This document shows positions 10,940-24,072 of a stretch of 59,424 nt of DNA, in pieces. Numbering within the stretch: the stretch's first letter is position 1; every line of letters begins with the position of its first letter. Made by a program: the position numbers and the translations under genes. The DNA lies in contig JAHBMJ010000022.1 in assembly GCA_018398765.1 (NCBI GenBank), forward strand, positions 1 through 59,424, given 5' to 3'. The notes beneath the pieces were generated by a model. That model was not told where the DNA came from. It searched no databases and was given only the letters and a program-made list of their open reading frames with translations. The DNA is from Chromera velia (Eukaryota).

Positions 10940-12513
10940 ATGAGCACAGGTGGCGAAAAGGCGAAAGGAAAGGCTCCGCACGCTTCACAGAACAGTGAGA
11001 GCCTAGGCGAGAGCCCTTCCAAAATGCCCAAGCCAGGCAACCCTGTTGCTTTCTGGAGATCAATCCTCTCCCCTCCCCAGTCCAATCAAGCGGGCCTAGA
11101 CACAGACCTTGCACACCTCTACATGGAGCTTCTGCACGACTGGGCAGAGCCGAAGGATGCTGTGGAAGCCTGGGGAAGTGGTGGGAAGGTGCGAGAGCTG
11201 ACCAAGGCTCTTGTACAAGCAATACTTGTGAGCGGGCAGGTGTTGCAAGATCTGAAGAGAGGTCCAATGAGGGGTGCGCAGATCAAATTTGCCTGCCAAG
11301 GATGCAACCCAAGCTACGAGGGCGGGTGTTGTCAGAGCGTCACCGTTCCCCTGCCCATGATTCCCCTGATCCATCACGCCAACGTTCTGTTGTCTGGCGC
11401 CCTCGCCCTTCTACTCTGGGACTCTGAGGAGCTGTCGGAGATTCAAAACGAAATCCTCTCTGAGATCCTTGTCGAGGCACCTCCCGGTGTCAATCTTCCA
11501 CAGTTTTTGCAGCAGTCTGTTGTAGAAGGCAAACCCCCAGTGTTGCCTGTTCTTCTAGGTGTCGTTGACAACGCACAAGAACTTGCGCCCAAGCTAGCTC
11601 TGAATGCTCTGAAGCTGATGAGCATTCTCGTCCTGCGTCGCCCCGGCCCAGCACTGCAGCAGATGGACGAGCTGGTCTTGGCAGAGGCCATAGGACGGTT
11701 CAGTCTGTACTTGCTGAATCTGACTAGGGACCCTTGTAAGGTCAAAACCTGGTTCGGCATGTCGTACGTTCTCGACATTCTTCCCCTCCTTTATTTCCTC
11801 GGGATGATGACCCGAGGTAAGAAAGCAGTCGCAGTGATCCCAAACCTAGTGCAGATCCTCATTGCCATTTCAGAGCAGTTGGGGAGCTTCAACCACGACG
11901 GGGAGGTTGATGTTCCCTTTCCGGTAGAGGAGTTTGGCTGTCTGCGCACTGCCTTTCCTGCCACCATGACGGTGCATGCAAAGCGAAGCGCCACGTCTCG
12001 CGCTCTCTTAGAGACCCACCCCGCCTCCTTCACTGCCGCCTGTGTGGTTGAATTGCTGCACTGGTGGGAGATACAGGGCGTGCCTGTGCGCTCCTGCAGT
12101 GTGGACGCGTTCCCATCGAAGGAAGAGGCGAAGAGAATGACGAAAAAGGAAAGGAATCATTCACCAAGCCTGGACACGCGATCTTCAAAAGCCATCTGAG
12201 TGATTGGCAGAAGATGGGGGAGAAAAGTTCCTTCTTTGCAGGGATAGGAGAGATGGCGAGTCAGTTGAGTGATCCCAAGGCTGTTCTGAAACCTCCCTCC
12301 ACAGAGAAGTCGATTCTGAGGTTCTGTGTCAACACACTCACCGCCGTTTGCGCGTTGCCATCCTGTCAGGCAACTGCTCGAGGCGGGGCCGAGGAGGAGA
12401 GGATGATGAAGTGCGGCGGGGGCTGTGGGGGTGTGGTGCGGTACTGCTGCCCTGAACACCAGAAACAGCACTGGAAAGTTCACAAGGCTTACTGCAAACT
12501 GCAGAAGCAGTGA
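10940..12513 (+). CDS. MYND-type zinc-finger protein, split across two overlapping frames (frameshift near 12140-12155 or an unrecognised short intron)
   Basis: ORF 10940..12199 overlaps ORF 12064..12513, which ends in CALPSC...MMKCGGGCGGVVRYCCPEHQKQHWKVHKAYC (MYND consensus). The upstream part is leucine-rich and probably helical. Confidence 0.7.
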
Positions 12514-13439
12514 ATCTCGCTGGGAAACTCGCCGTGTGCTGAACAGTGAGACAAAAGCATCAAGCTGAGTGTCAAAGAGTTCTTATGTCTTGCAAGCACC
12601 GCAAATGACTTTAAAAATCATATGTTATTATCACTTACCACTATTACATACCATCGGCATACTTTGTATCATTCAGATAAACAATTAGACTTGAATTAAT
12701 ACTAGAATTAGTATCATAAATAATTAGAAATTTATAATTGATCCTGGTATAATTAAATTAAATGGTCATGTCAATTTTTTAATGGTATTCTTTGAACTTA
12801 GGTCTTATTATTATTTTTTTCTAACATTTTTTTTAAAGACAAACGTTTTTTTTTTTTTTAATGTAATCTTTATTCACGTTAATTATTATAAGACTGTAGA
12901 TAATGTATCATTATAGATTTTGCTAGTAGTAGTAGTAGTAGTAGTAACTAGTAGCCAGTAGCTATGCAGTTAGTGCAGCAGTGTCAGTCACCCATTTGAT
13001 TTGACGTTGAAATTGCATGATTTATAACAGATTTAATCCAGGATTTAATCATGTAATGGCCTATACCGGTACAAACGCTTTACTTCCTAAAGCCATTGAT
13101 ATCACTTAAATCGAATACTTTTTATTACTTAACAACTAAACTTGAAAGCCTCGGTCGGACTGTGTAGCCATACGCGTTTTGACTGACTGTGACCTTTCAA
13201 TGCGTAAAATTGATCCCTAACACAATCCATTCACGAATTAAGCTTTAATCGAAGTTACCAGGTGTGAACCCAGGCAGGCAAAATTAAAAGCACCAAATTG
13301 TCGAATAAATGAAGCACAATGGACGCAGAGACGAGATCGACCCGCAGAGACCAGGCAGACACGCAAGATCGCAGGCGCATAGTACCCCGCCGCATAAACA
13401 GACAGGCAAAAACATCAGATTTTCAAACATCTGAATGGA

Positions 13440-15100
13440 AGGAAGCTGGATGAACAGAAACACACGGAGTACAACAACATCATCTTCGGCCGAACAGACA
13501 CTTTACGTTGTCTTTGAAGGCACAAGTAGGAAAACACCCTTCTTCGAGAGAGACCAAATGACGAATATCGTATCTTGGTCTGATGGGATTTTTAAGATGC
13601 CAGGGTCTCTCTCCGTGATCGACTTGGCCCTCTTCTATACGCGGCTGGTTGCTGATACCCTCCCTTTTGCGTTTGTCTTCTTGATGACTTGAATGTGTGC
13701 GTGTCTGTTTGTATGGGAGTTTACAGTTGTCCTGCTCGTGGCAGTCAAGATCGCCAGACAGAGAGCGAAAGCGAGACTCTCGGAGAATCATTGGAGAGAC
13801 TGAATGAACGTTTAGCCCGGAAACCATTCAAAGACCCATTCATGCGACAAATAAAACGAACAGACAGACATTGAAACAATTCAAGAGACAGACAGCAAGC
13901 AAGAAAAGGCGGTAATCAACCTGGCAGATCAACAGGTGAACAGCTGCAAGGCAAGCAGATCTAGGCAGGTAAATACCCGGGCAATGCCACCATGTTGATG
14001 TACAGGCCATTAGTCAAGCAAACAAACAAACACGCTGACAGACAGACTGTATGTTTCTTCTTCTCCCTTTTTTTCTGCATGTACACAACAGACAAAGAGA
14101 AAGAGAGAACAAAGACAAAAGAACAGAACGAACAATCAGACAACGTGAGCAGGGGGCCTGAAACGTGAGACTTAAGCGCCTCTTGCCTCTCCACCTCCTG
14201 ACAGACTTTCACGTAATCACTTGGGTCACACGTGAATCCTCTGCTGCTTCCACTTAAGACCGACAAAAGAAAAAGAAGGAAAAAAGAACAAAAGCATACT
14301 GCACTTCAAACAAATGCATGCAGCATACGGGACACCGCCAACGTCATGTTCTGCAGACAGGGGGTGGGGGGGTGGGGGGGGAGGTTCTTCTGATGTTTCA
14401 TCTTCGTCTGTTGCGGAAGGATTTTTTCGGCGGTAACGAAACTCTCCAAAGTCGCACACCAAAAGAGCGACGGTGCTCGGTTGGGCCATGAACCTTCTCC
14501 AAAACCTCTTCTCTCTCCTCAGGACTCCTGTTCTGCCTCTGGCAAATCGTCATACCGGGACCCATTGATTGCCCGGCGGCTCGCTGTGGGGTGGAAGGGA
14601 ACGAGCGGATCGAGGTGTGAGAGGGGAGGCGCCTCTTCCTTCATCTCTTCTTCATGGGAGAGTGGGTCTTGATTTTGTTGGTCCGTGGAGACCGGGATGG
14701 GGGCGGGAGCTGGAAGGGGTTCAGCAAAAGTGGCACCACTGGAACTAGAGCTGCTCTCATCTCTTCTGTGTATGTAATCTTCTTGACTTTCCTGGTGACG
14801 CTCTTCTCCAAGGGATCGAGAGGGCAGATCGACTGCAGTTGCTGTGAGCAGACAGACGGACAGACAGACTATGCGGTTTCACGGACAGACAGACTATATG
14901 GTTTCTTTCCCTCCTTTTCTTCATAAACACAACAAACAGACGCACAGACGGACAGACGGACACTGTCAGACGAACAGACCCGGCCCGGCAGGCACACATA
15001 CACACACATTTTCAAGCAGAGAAGCACCCCAGTAGACGGACGGCCAGGCAGAAACACGGGCAGGCATGTAGACGTCATCTAGGTACACCAACACCCAGAC
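13440..15100 (-). other. Possible degenerate or multi-exon minus-strand gene; no coherent model obtained
   Basis: GC-rich exon-like blocks (13440-13690, 14330-14840) alternate with (GACA)-rich intron-like sequence in minus-strand orientation. All frames tested contain stops. Confidence 0.2.
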
Positions 15101-16227
15101 ATATGCAGGCCACTGACACAGACAAACTGCTTGGCAACCAGAGCAGGAGTGCACACAGATGCAGAGGCACAGGCAGATCAACAAGCATGTGAGCAAACAC
15201 ACAGGGATACAAAACCTACATGGATCGAACAGCCATGAAGATCATATATGCGTAGACTTCTCTATCAGCTACTCAGGGCACGCATGCAGAGATTTATATA
15301 TATATATATATAGGAATGCAGCGACGCAGAAAAAGCCAACCCTACGCAGCCACACGACGCACAATCAGCCAACAGTGGCGTCCAACCGCGTGAGTTGTCT
15401 TTTCCGGGTGGTCACTTGCTGGAGGAGCCTGGCGTTGAACAGGCGGCAGCCCCCCCCGTGGCAGCTTGAAAACAACACTATGGATGGGATGCAACACAGC
15501 ATTGAAACCCTGCACGCAACCCTGCAAAATACGACACGTACAACACAAAGGGGTGATTCTCAAGGTCACCCTCCATCAACGACAAGGACGTTGGTCACAC
15601 AGCTCAAGAAAGACAAGACAAGCAGCGCCGAGTTTCAACTTTCAAAGAGAGAGTTGCATTAATTGCGTGTGCAACACAGATCAGTCGCGTGTACGCATGG
15701 CGTTGCAACATGCAGCTTTCTCTCTTTTAGCAACAGTCGTACGTGTTGCAGCCTGCATGCATGCATGGGACACAGATCGACGCAACTCCGCGTGCTCGCG
15801 CAAACAGCTATAGTCAGTGTGTCAGAATGACAGTCGTCTCTCAGATCGAGCTCGGCTTTGAATCTCTTTGTTTCCGGCTCGATCTCTTCCTGAGTTCCTG
15901 ATCTTCCAGACCCACACCCACTTGAACGACGGGAACCTCGATCAGAACGTTGACTTCCGTTTGTATTCTGCATTTCCACACCATTGTCACACAGTTGGGA
16001 AGAAAACCTGCCGTGCAACTCCGACGCAACACTTGACAGCTATACAGTTGCACCCCAAAGAGTTGGTCTGTTCGGCGCCTCACGAACATATCCCGTCGCA
16101 CTCTACTACTGTGTACATATACCGCGTTTCATATTCAGCAATCCTCGCTCCATTCTTGTCCCTTGTCCCGTCCCTTGTTCAGTTTGACTATCGTTTGACG
16201 GAAGAAGAGGGGGGCGATTCGAACGGG

Positions 16228-16914
16228 ATGTCATTGAGCGATTCGGATGCGCTACGGGCACGAGTGGCCTTGTTGGAAAGCCAAGTCGCAGAGCTGCAAG
16301 CGGAACTGCGTCTAAGGAAGGCCGAAGTGCGTGTGAAGACTGCAGAGTACAACATCGTCGCGCAGATGCTGGAACAAGAGCGATGGAACAATCAACATGA
16401 AGAACTTCCCTCCCCTGCTGCACCAGTCGAGTTCCAATACGCACACCAGGGGATGGTGTTGCAACTTGAAGACCATGGCTCCGGGGCCTCCAGAAGTTCG
16501 TCTGCCTCCCCTTATCCTTTCAACACTCCCTCTTCCCTTGTATCTGCTCCTTCACGAGAGGACTGGACACCCAGAAGCCCTTTTGCAACACCTCACGGAG
16601 AAAGTGGTGTCTTCTCTTTTGGGCCTCAGGCTGCTCCTCTGACAGAGAGAGGGAACCCTTTGCAGAGTCGTCTCGGCAGCGTTGTTGCCAAATTCGAGGC
16701 GTTCCATGGCTTTGCGGACGACTTCTCTCCCCCGCCTGGCACGATGACCAGAATTGGCAGCGCAGTCAGATTCCTCGAGAAGTACCTTGATGCCGAGGAC
16801 ATCATGTGGACACTTGCACACGCGTCTCTTCGGTTGGAAGAGTATCACAGGTACGCAATAGAGACAAACGGCGTTTTCAGCTTTAATTTTGGCCATCAGA
16901 TACCATCAGACTGA
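16228..16914 (+). CDS. Hypothetical protein with N-terminal coiled coil (228 aa; may splice at 16850 to downstream exons)
   Basis: ATG at 16228 within ORF 15868..16914. Heptad-like LRARVALLESQVAELQAELRLRKAEV. Good donor CAG|GTACGC at 16851. Confidence 0.5.
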   Translation: MSLSDSDALRARVALLESQVAELQAELRLRKAEVRVKTAEYNIVAQMLEQERWNNQHEELPSPAAPVEFQYAHQGMVLQLEDHGSGASRSSSASPYPFNTPSSLVSAPSREDWTPRSPFATPHGESGVFSFGPQAAPLTERGNPLQSRLGSVVAKFEAFHGFADDFSPPPGTMTRIGSAVRFLEKYLDAEDIMWTLAHASLRLEEYHRYAIETNGVFSFNFGHQIPSD

Positions 16915-17027
16915 ATGAGCACCGTGGACACTCCCCCCATTCATTTCTGTCTCACGCGATATGTTGAGAAGGCCTTTGTGTGAGAGTCTAACTATCAATA
17001 CGTTTTTCAGTGTTTGCATTTTGCCAG

Positions 17028-18147
17028 GAGCGTCATCAGACATTGTTGGCAAAGATGTACATGCGTGGTTTGTTGCTCTGACTGAGGCTCCAACCTGTCC
17101 GATGGTTCTTGTTCTTCTCTGAAAGACTCATTTTCTGTCACGCTCAAATTCAAGTCGGAGGTAGTCGGAGGTCCAAGTATGTCCAAGTGAAAGATGGACA
17201 TTGGCTGTTCTCGCGCAAGCATGAGGACAATCGATCTACGTGCCATTTGTGTGCGTTATCTATGCATGCAGAGATAATTGATGCTCTTGTGCTCCCGTTC
17301 TCTTTCTTCGTCTTTCTTTCTTTTCCTGCCTCTGTGCTGGTGCAGTGCGATGGATGCGGTCGGGATGTCGATTGGTCGACGGGAGTTGACTGCACTGCTG
17401 CAAGTGTACCTCTCACATTCCTACCTTCTCGACGAGCCCCTCTGGCTGTCTGAATGGAAGAGACATGTTTTCCCATCAGAATGGTCAATGGAGGCGCTGA
17501 ACGCCCTCGTTTTTCATTTTTTTGAGACACAAGGGTTCTCTCTCCAGGTGGACGACAAGAAGCTTCAAGGAAGGATGAAGAAGTTCACAGGAGACGTGTA
17601 CGTTGAGGCGATCGAGAGACGCCACAGCGAATGCGATTCCTGTGCGCTGTGCAAATTTGGTTGCGACTGTAACGAGCGCTCTAACGATCACGTCTGCCCC
17701 AGAGACAGTGATGCGATGCCAAGTGCGCCGCCGTTCGCCAACAGAGTGCGGGAGGGGGGGGAGGGGGGCCATCTTCGTCACAACAGGTTTGGCAGTGGAC
17801 TGACTGTCAAGGTGAAGGGTGGTAAGGGTGGAAAGGACGAGGGGGAGAGAGGGGGCACACAAGCGGAACACTTCGTCTCTGGTACAAACCATGGGGGTCA
17901 GAGGGTTGTCTGGAGACCCACAGCACTCGTGCGAGGTCCAGTCCCGACTGACGAAGAGGAGGAGGAAGGGCAAGAAGGAGACATGAGTTCTGCTACAGGC
18001 ACACAGAGGGGGGGAGGGAGTACTGCTCAACGCTCGGCCCCCCCCTGCAGATTTTGTTGCCACCCAAAGCGAGGAGGACGAGGGGGGGGGGGTCGTGCAA
18101 GTCGCCACCGTGCGACGCAATTCACGAGAAGCACTGAAAGGGACTAG
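17028..18147 (+). pseudogene. Degenerate Cys-rich coding remnant
   Basis: Protein-like segments (ERHQTLLAKMYMRGLLL*LRLQPVRW..., QCDGCGRDVDW..., VYLSHSYLLDEPLW...CDSCALCKFGCDC...HVC) lie in different frames, with a stop and an apparent frameshift. Confidence 0.3.
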
Positions 18148-18201
18148 ACGCCCTCAAACGAGGAGGGGGAGGAGCGAAGAGGAGGGACGAAGCTGCCACT
18201 G

Positions 18202-18237
<36 letters not shown>

Positions 18238-19990
18238 ATGAATTGGGGTGAAGGCCAAGTCTGTGTTTTGCTCTTTGATCCTGTCCTTCTCTCTGAATCT
18301 TTCGAACGTTCCCTTGCAAAGGGAGGGAGGGAAGGAGGGAGATGCACTCATGCATGCAAAACATTCACTGCCTGTATGTCGCGCTTTTTTTCTTGATTGG
18401 TCTTCCTGATGCGTCTCCTCAAGGGACGGACCTCAATTCCCACTTCCATTCACATTTGCATGACACCGTCACATACCGAATACGCAATTGAGTGGAGAGA
18501 CAACAAACAGGCCGGGCAGGGGGGCAGAAAATTCAATGGGTAGGGAGGGTGATGGTCTCTCTCCTTGACAAACACTGCGTCGATCGTGTACTTGTGGCAG
18601 CTCCATGCATCGATCTTTAATTCGATCATCTTCGATTGATCTGACACTGAGGGGGGGCAGGGTGGGGTTCCCTTCCATACGCTCCGGGGTCGGTGTGGTT
18701 GGATGGAGGGCCTGTGACTCTGTGTCGTTTTCCTTCCTTTCATCTTTCGAACAGTGAAGCTTTGATGGCAGTGGAGGGGGAAGGCTGCATGTAGAGGGTC
18801 GATGGAGGGCAAGAGAAGCATAAGGGAAAGGGCAGAAAAGCACGGGGGGGCGCATGATTCACTTTTCTGATCATGGCATGCGTCTCGATCCAAAATTTGA
18901 ATGATAAGGGCCATGCAACATCGAATTAAACTACGGGAAAAGAGGGCGGGCTCGGCAGGATGAAGGGATGGGAGGCGAATGCACTTAGTAGGCTGCTGCG
19001 ATCGGCAGCTTACTCGAGTGACTGTTTCCTTCTATAGATTTGCCTATTATCTGTTTGCTTGTTTCCAGGTGAATGCAACTTCATTTAACTTAAATTGGAG
19101 GAGACAGAAGAGAGAGTCAGGGGATTCATGGGAAGAATTCGAAAATTACAGATTCTCCTTGCAAGGATGTATACCGGCAGGCATAGGTAGTAACGTAACG
19201 TAGTTGTGAGAAGCTGGAGGGGACCTTTGTATAGCCATCATGATGATTGTGTCTTTTTTTCTGACAAATCTTCTGTCGATCGCCGGGTCTCCTCCGAGCG
19301 AGAAGTGCTCTTTAGACCCTCCATGCATGCAGTGACCAGTCGGCCAATGAAGTGCTTGACTGTTGCTGATGTGCACGACACTTCTCGACACGCTCCCTGT
19401 CTCTTCCGCCATCCATCCACAAATGCCTGCATGTCCTTTATTTGTTGTCCTCTCAACAGAAGTTGCGTGGTCGAGTGCGGGTCCGGGCCTCAACCTTGTA
19501 GTGGCGATGACCTTCAAACTTGCAGAAAGGAGAATTGAGCAGAGAGTCGAAAAAGAAGAGGGCATGCAAGGCGAAATGAGGCGGATTGTCTGTCAACGTG
19601 CATTTGTATGATTTGTGCATGTTTCCGCTGACGTGCATGGGTGCAAAGAGGAAGCGGAGTTGCATGAGGAATCGAGCGGGTGCAGCAGCAGAGGACTGCG
19701 GGGTGGATGCAAAGAGAGCTCAGGAGAGTAGATAGATATGCGAAGACAAAAGAAAGGGACAGGTGGTAGAGCGCATCCGGAAGAGCATCGGCCTGCAGTC
19801 CCTTTCTTGATGGTTTCAAGTACGTTGTGACGGGTTTTCCCGCATTGCCTACAATCGAGCAGAAGAAAAAATGAATTTGTGCAAGGCATCGGAGTTGACC
19901 GGCTGGCTTTGTCTGTCTCTCTGTCTTTTGAATTATTCTTTCTGTGATTCAAACTTCATTTTGCTTTTTGCTTTTGTGTCTATCTCTCTT

Positions 19991-20640
19991 TCGGAATCGT
20001 CATTTGCGGGGCTTTGAATAGCCCGCCTCTGAAAAGAGAAATGTAGGTGGCATTTCATAACTGTCTTTCTCTCTTTCTGCTCTTTATTCTTTCTTCTTTC
20101 TTTCTTTCTTTCTGTCTGTCTGTCGAAATCGTCATTTGCGGGGCTTTGAATAGCCCGCCTCTGAAAAGAGAAAAGTGGGTGGCATTTCATAACTCTCTGT
20201 CTTTCTCTCTTTCTCTCTTTCTGCTCTTTATTCTTCTTTCATTCTTTCATTCTTTCTTTCTTTCTTTCTTTCTTTCTTTATCGCCGCTTGCGGGGCTTTG
20301 AATAGCCCGCTTCTGAAAAGAGAAAAGTAGGTGGCATTTCACATTTCTCTGTCTTTTTCTCTTTCTCTCTTTCTGCTCTTTAGTCTTTCTTTCTTTCTTT
20401 CGAAATCGTCGCTTGCAGCGCTTTGAATAGCCCGCCTCTGAAAAGAGAAAAATAGGTGGCATTTCATATTTCTCTTTCTTTCTCTCTTTCTGTTCTGTAT
20501 TCTTTCTTTCTTTCTTTCTTTCTTTCTGTCGAAATCGTCATTTGCAGGGCTTTGAATAGCCCGCCTCTGAAAAGAGAAAGGTGGGTGGCATTTCATGTTT
20601 CTCTGTCTCTCTCTCTCTCTTTCTGCTCTTTAGTCTTGTC
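19991..20640. repeat. Five-copy array of a ~68-bp conserved hairpin-containing core separated by variable-length CT-rich spacers
   Basis: Core gaaatcgtcatttgcggggctttgaatagcccgcctctgaaaagagaaaagtaggtggcatttcat occurs at ~19993, 20124, 20280, 20401 and 20530. Period is ~120-155 bp. Confidence 0.9.
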
Positions 20641-20827
20641 CAGAGGCAAAGCCACGAGTCCAGTCAAAAACCATGAATCTGATCGATTCATTCACACGTA
20701 CACCCTGGTTCGATCATTCCGAACCGGTCAAGGAAGTTAAGAGAAAGAAAGTGTAAACTATAAAAAAAGGCGGGATTTCAAATCGCGGCACTTTCTGTTG
20801 CACTGCTCTGCCCAACCATTTAGTCAC

Positions 20828-20858
<31 letters not shown>

Positions 20859-22323
20859 AGAAGGTGGCGCTGCAAGAGGAATTAAAGTTCACAGTGAACA
20901 CAAGTCCCGTGCAACCTGCATGAGCAGAAATTGTCTCGAATGCAAACTGTGATTCTTATGCAATCACAGCAGGAGATCGATTGCAAAAAAGAAGATCATA
21001 TACGCATAGAAAGAGCTCAAGCGCCCAACGGCTATTTAGCCTTTGTTTCCCCGAGAAAGGTGATGGAAGAATCGCATAATCCGATCCGAATCGGCTGCTT
21101 AATGAATTCCGAATCGATGTGTTCCCTCATGCAAGCTCTTTTTTCTCGCACTCAGCTATCAGATATCTATCACACCTGCAATGAAAGAAACGAAGTCTCA
21201 CTGGTATCCCTCACCCCCGTGGCTCTATTTGGCACTCTTTAAAATTCGTCTGTCTCACCTATTTAACGTTCCCAAGGCTTAATTCAACGTTTAGTTTAAC
21301 GTCAAAGAGTGGCACACACTCGCAAGTCCTCGAGACTGTTCCATGCATGACTGTCTTTTTGCTTGTTACATATACGTAAAAGCGCGTGTGGCCATTTGGT
21401 TTCATTTGTCAGTGCATAGTAGTATGATGGTACACACTGGCATATTCTTTTGTTTATATTACCAAATAGTAAATCGAAACTGCTAAAATGTTAGTTAGTT
21501 AGTTTGTTAGTTAGTTAGTTACTTATAGTTAGTTAGTCAAAGGATGCCTAACCCTAGGCCTAACCCCAGTTAGAGAATAGTTAGAGATTGTAAATTCTGA
21601 TGATAACTAGGATGATAACGTTTTTCCCTTTTGATAAAAAAAAAACAACATTAAAAACTCTATCATCATAATATTAAATCATCATCAACAGCATTATCAG
21701 TATCCTAAAATGTCAGTGATGATGATGGAGTAATAAAACATTACCTTAGACCCATGTGTTTTAGTTTATTGCATCCTAGATTGCATCATATATATGGCTT
21801 ATAAACCACACTGGCAACTATAATAATAACTTTAGTTTTTTTTTTCTAAAATGGTAATATACAAAACAAGTGAGCCCGATATATTCTAGCCACTGGCAGT
21901 ATTATTTTAATTGACTACTGTAGAACTGTTAGTAAAGTCTCATTTAAGCTATAAACCAAGGCACTGAGTATGTAAATCAAAGTGAACTGCTGTTGTAAAG
22001 AACCGAACTGCCTTGTACGTTGCCGCAGAACGCTACTAGTAGACGCCTATTTATAGGCCGATGGCGATGGTATATGATGATGATGATGATGATATAGGTG
22101 GTTTAACCGTGGTTAACAATCGATTTATTTGCTTCAATTAATATTTGACCCGATGTGCGTGCACCTAATTTCGCTGGTTAGTCTAAAAGCCATTCGGTGA
22201 CAGAATTTCGGTCACGTTTACAGTGACAATATACGGTTAGTCTGGCATGTGCATGAATGTTTTGCTCTGTTTTGCCGTTCGGATGCATTCAACTACTGAC
22301 CATCAGGAAGAGAGTCAAACGCT

Positions 22324-22645
22324 TTAGTCGTCGTCATACGTGAGATGACGGCTCCTCTCACAGCCTGGCGCATCCGCAGCTGCACATAAAAAGGAGGCAA
22401 AGCCGCCACGAAATTTAAACAGTGCGATTCCGAACGAGAGGCGACTATAGGGGTGATCCTGTACCATCTTTACGCAAACAGCCAGTGACGTCCGACGGTC
22501 CTCCAGACCGTCCCGAGCAATCGAAAATGACTATCGGACTTGTGGGTGCCACAGGAACTGTTCAGAGCCAAAAAAAAGAGGCCTGCACCACATGCTGTCC
22601 CTCCCTCTCTCTCTCTCACACACAAACATACACACATACACACAT

Positions 22646-22680
<35 letters not shown>

Positions 22681-23515
22681 CACACACACACGCACGCACG
22701 CACGCACGCACGCAGCGTTCGCGTTGGAGGGAGAGGTTGAAAAAGGCCTCAGGGAGGAAGGGAGCGAAGGAGGGAGAGAACGAGCAGGAGCCGAGATGAA
22801 AAAAGAAATTTAAAGACGGTCTCAACAACTCGTGAGATCATCGACCCTGAAATTCCTTCAATGGAGCCGTTCACTGCTTTCTTCTGCTGAGATCGATCCG
22901 GAAAAGCGACAAACACAGAGCACGATTCCTAATGCAGCACCAGGAAACGGTGCGCATGCAAAACTGAGGTGTTCCCCATCTTCGACGGAAGGGCACACGC
23001 AGCAGAGAATTTGAAAGTGCGCGGGGGAGGTTCGAGAGAAAACGTGAGAGTAGAATGTTAACCGCACCACAACCCCCCTCCCGAGCATTCTGCAGTATTT
23101 TCTTTCTTTGTCCATGCGGACAGACCCTCGATCTAGCTGTCCATTCGTCCGTTGGCCACCCGGATTGACCTCACTCACTCACTCACTCACTCACTCAATC
23201 ACTCAATTCACACTTCCTTCCTCCCCAAAACTAAAGTTTGGACCCCCTCACCCCCCCATCCCCCCACCCACCGGTTTCAGAGCAACACCACCAGTGCAGG
23301 TGCAGCCCCCCTCCGTCCTTTGAGTCGCCTGGGTCCTGAAACCTCTGCTTGGTCTCGCAGGCAAAGGGGCCTGTGGGCAGGCAGGCAGGAAGGCAGGCGG
23401 TTCTTCATGCAGTGAATGCACAGGGGAAGAGAGAGGAGAAGAGAGAGAGGGGGGCGGGGAAGGGATGGGCAGAGAGGGGGAGCGAGGGGTGGGTGGGGTG
23501 GGGGGCGAAGACAGA

Positions 23516-23570
<55 letters not shown>

Positions 23571-23645
23571 GGCAGGAGGGAGGGAAAGGGAGGAAAGGAG
23601 GGAGGGAGGGAGTGAGAAAGAAAGAAAGAAAGAAAGAAAGAACGA

Positions 23646-23721
<76 letters not shown>

Positions 23722-23819
23722 GAGAAAAGAAGAAAGAAAGAAAGAAAAAAAGAAAGAAAAGAAAGAAAGAAAGAAAGAAGGAAGGAAGGAAGGAAGGAAG
23801 GAAAGAAAGAAAGAAAGAA

Positions 23820-23854
<35 letters not shown>

Positions 23855-23885
23855 GAAAGAAAGAAAAAAAGGAAAGAAAGAAACA

Positions 23886-23937
<52 letters not shown>

Positions 23938-24036
23938 AAAGAAGAAAGAAAGAAAAGAAGGAAGGAAGGAAGGAAGGAAGGAAGAAAGAAAAGAAAGAAA
24001 GAAAGAAAGAAAGAAAAGAAAGAAAGAAAGAAAGAA

Positions 24037-24072
<36 letters not shown>

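Noticed and set aside
12141..12148. Programmed -1 ribosomal frameshift site
   Set aside because: G AAA AAG is not a canonical slippery heptamer and no stimulatory structure was identified. Left as one possibility only.
18400..19950. Additional gene between the Cys-rich remnant and the hairpin array
   Set aside because: Only short ORFs with stops in protein-like frames. No consistent splice model or recognisable motif.
19991..20640. CRISPR array
   Set aside because: The repeats are ~68 bp, the spacers are mutually similar low-complexity CT tracts, there are no cas genes and the context is eukaryotic. Kept only as an unexplained repeat array.
21547..21568. Telomere-like CCTAAC/CCCTA repeats
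   Set aside because: Only two degenerate units, not distinguishable from chance.
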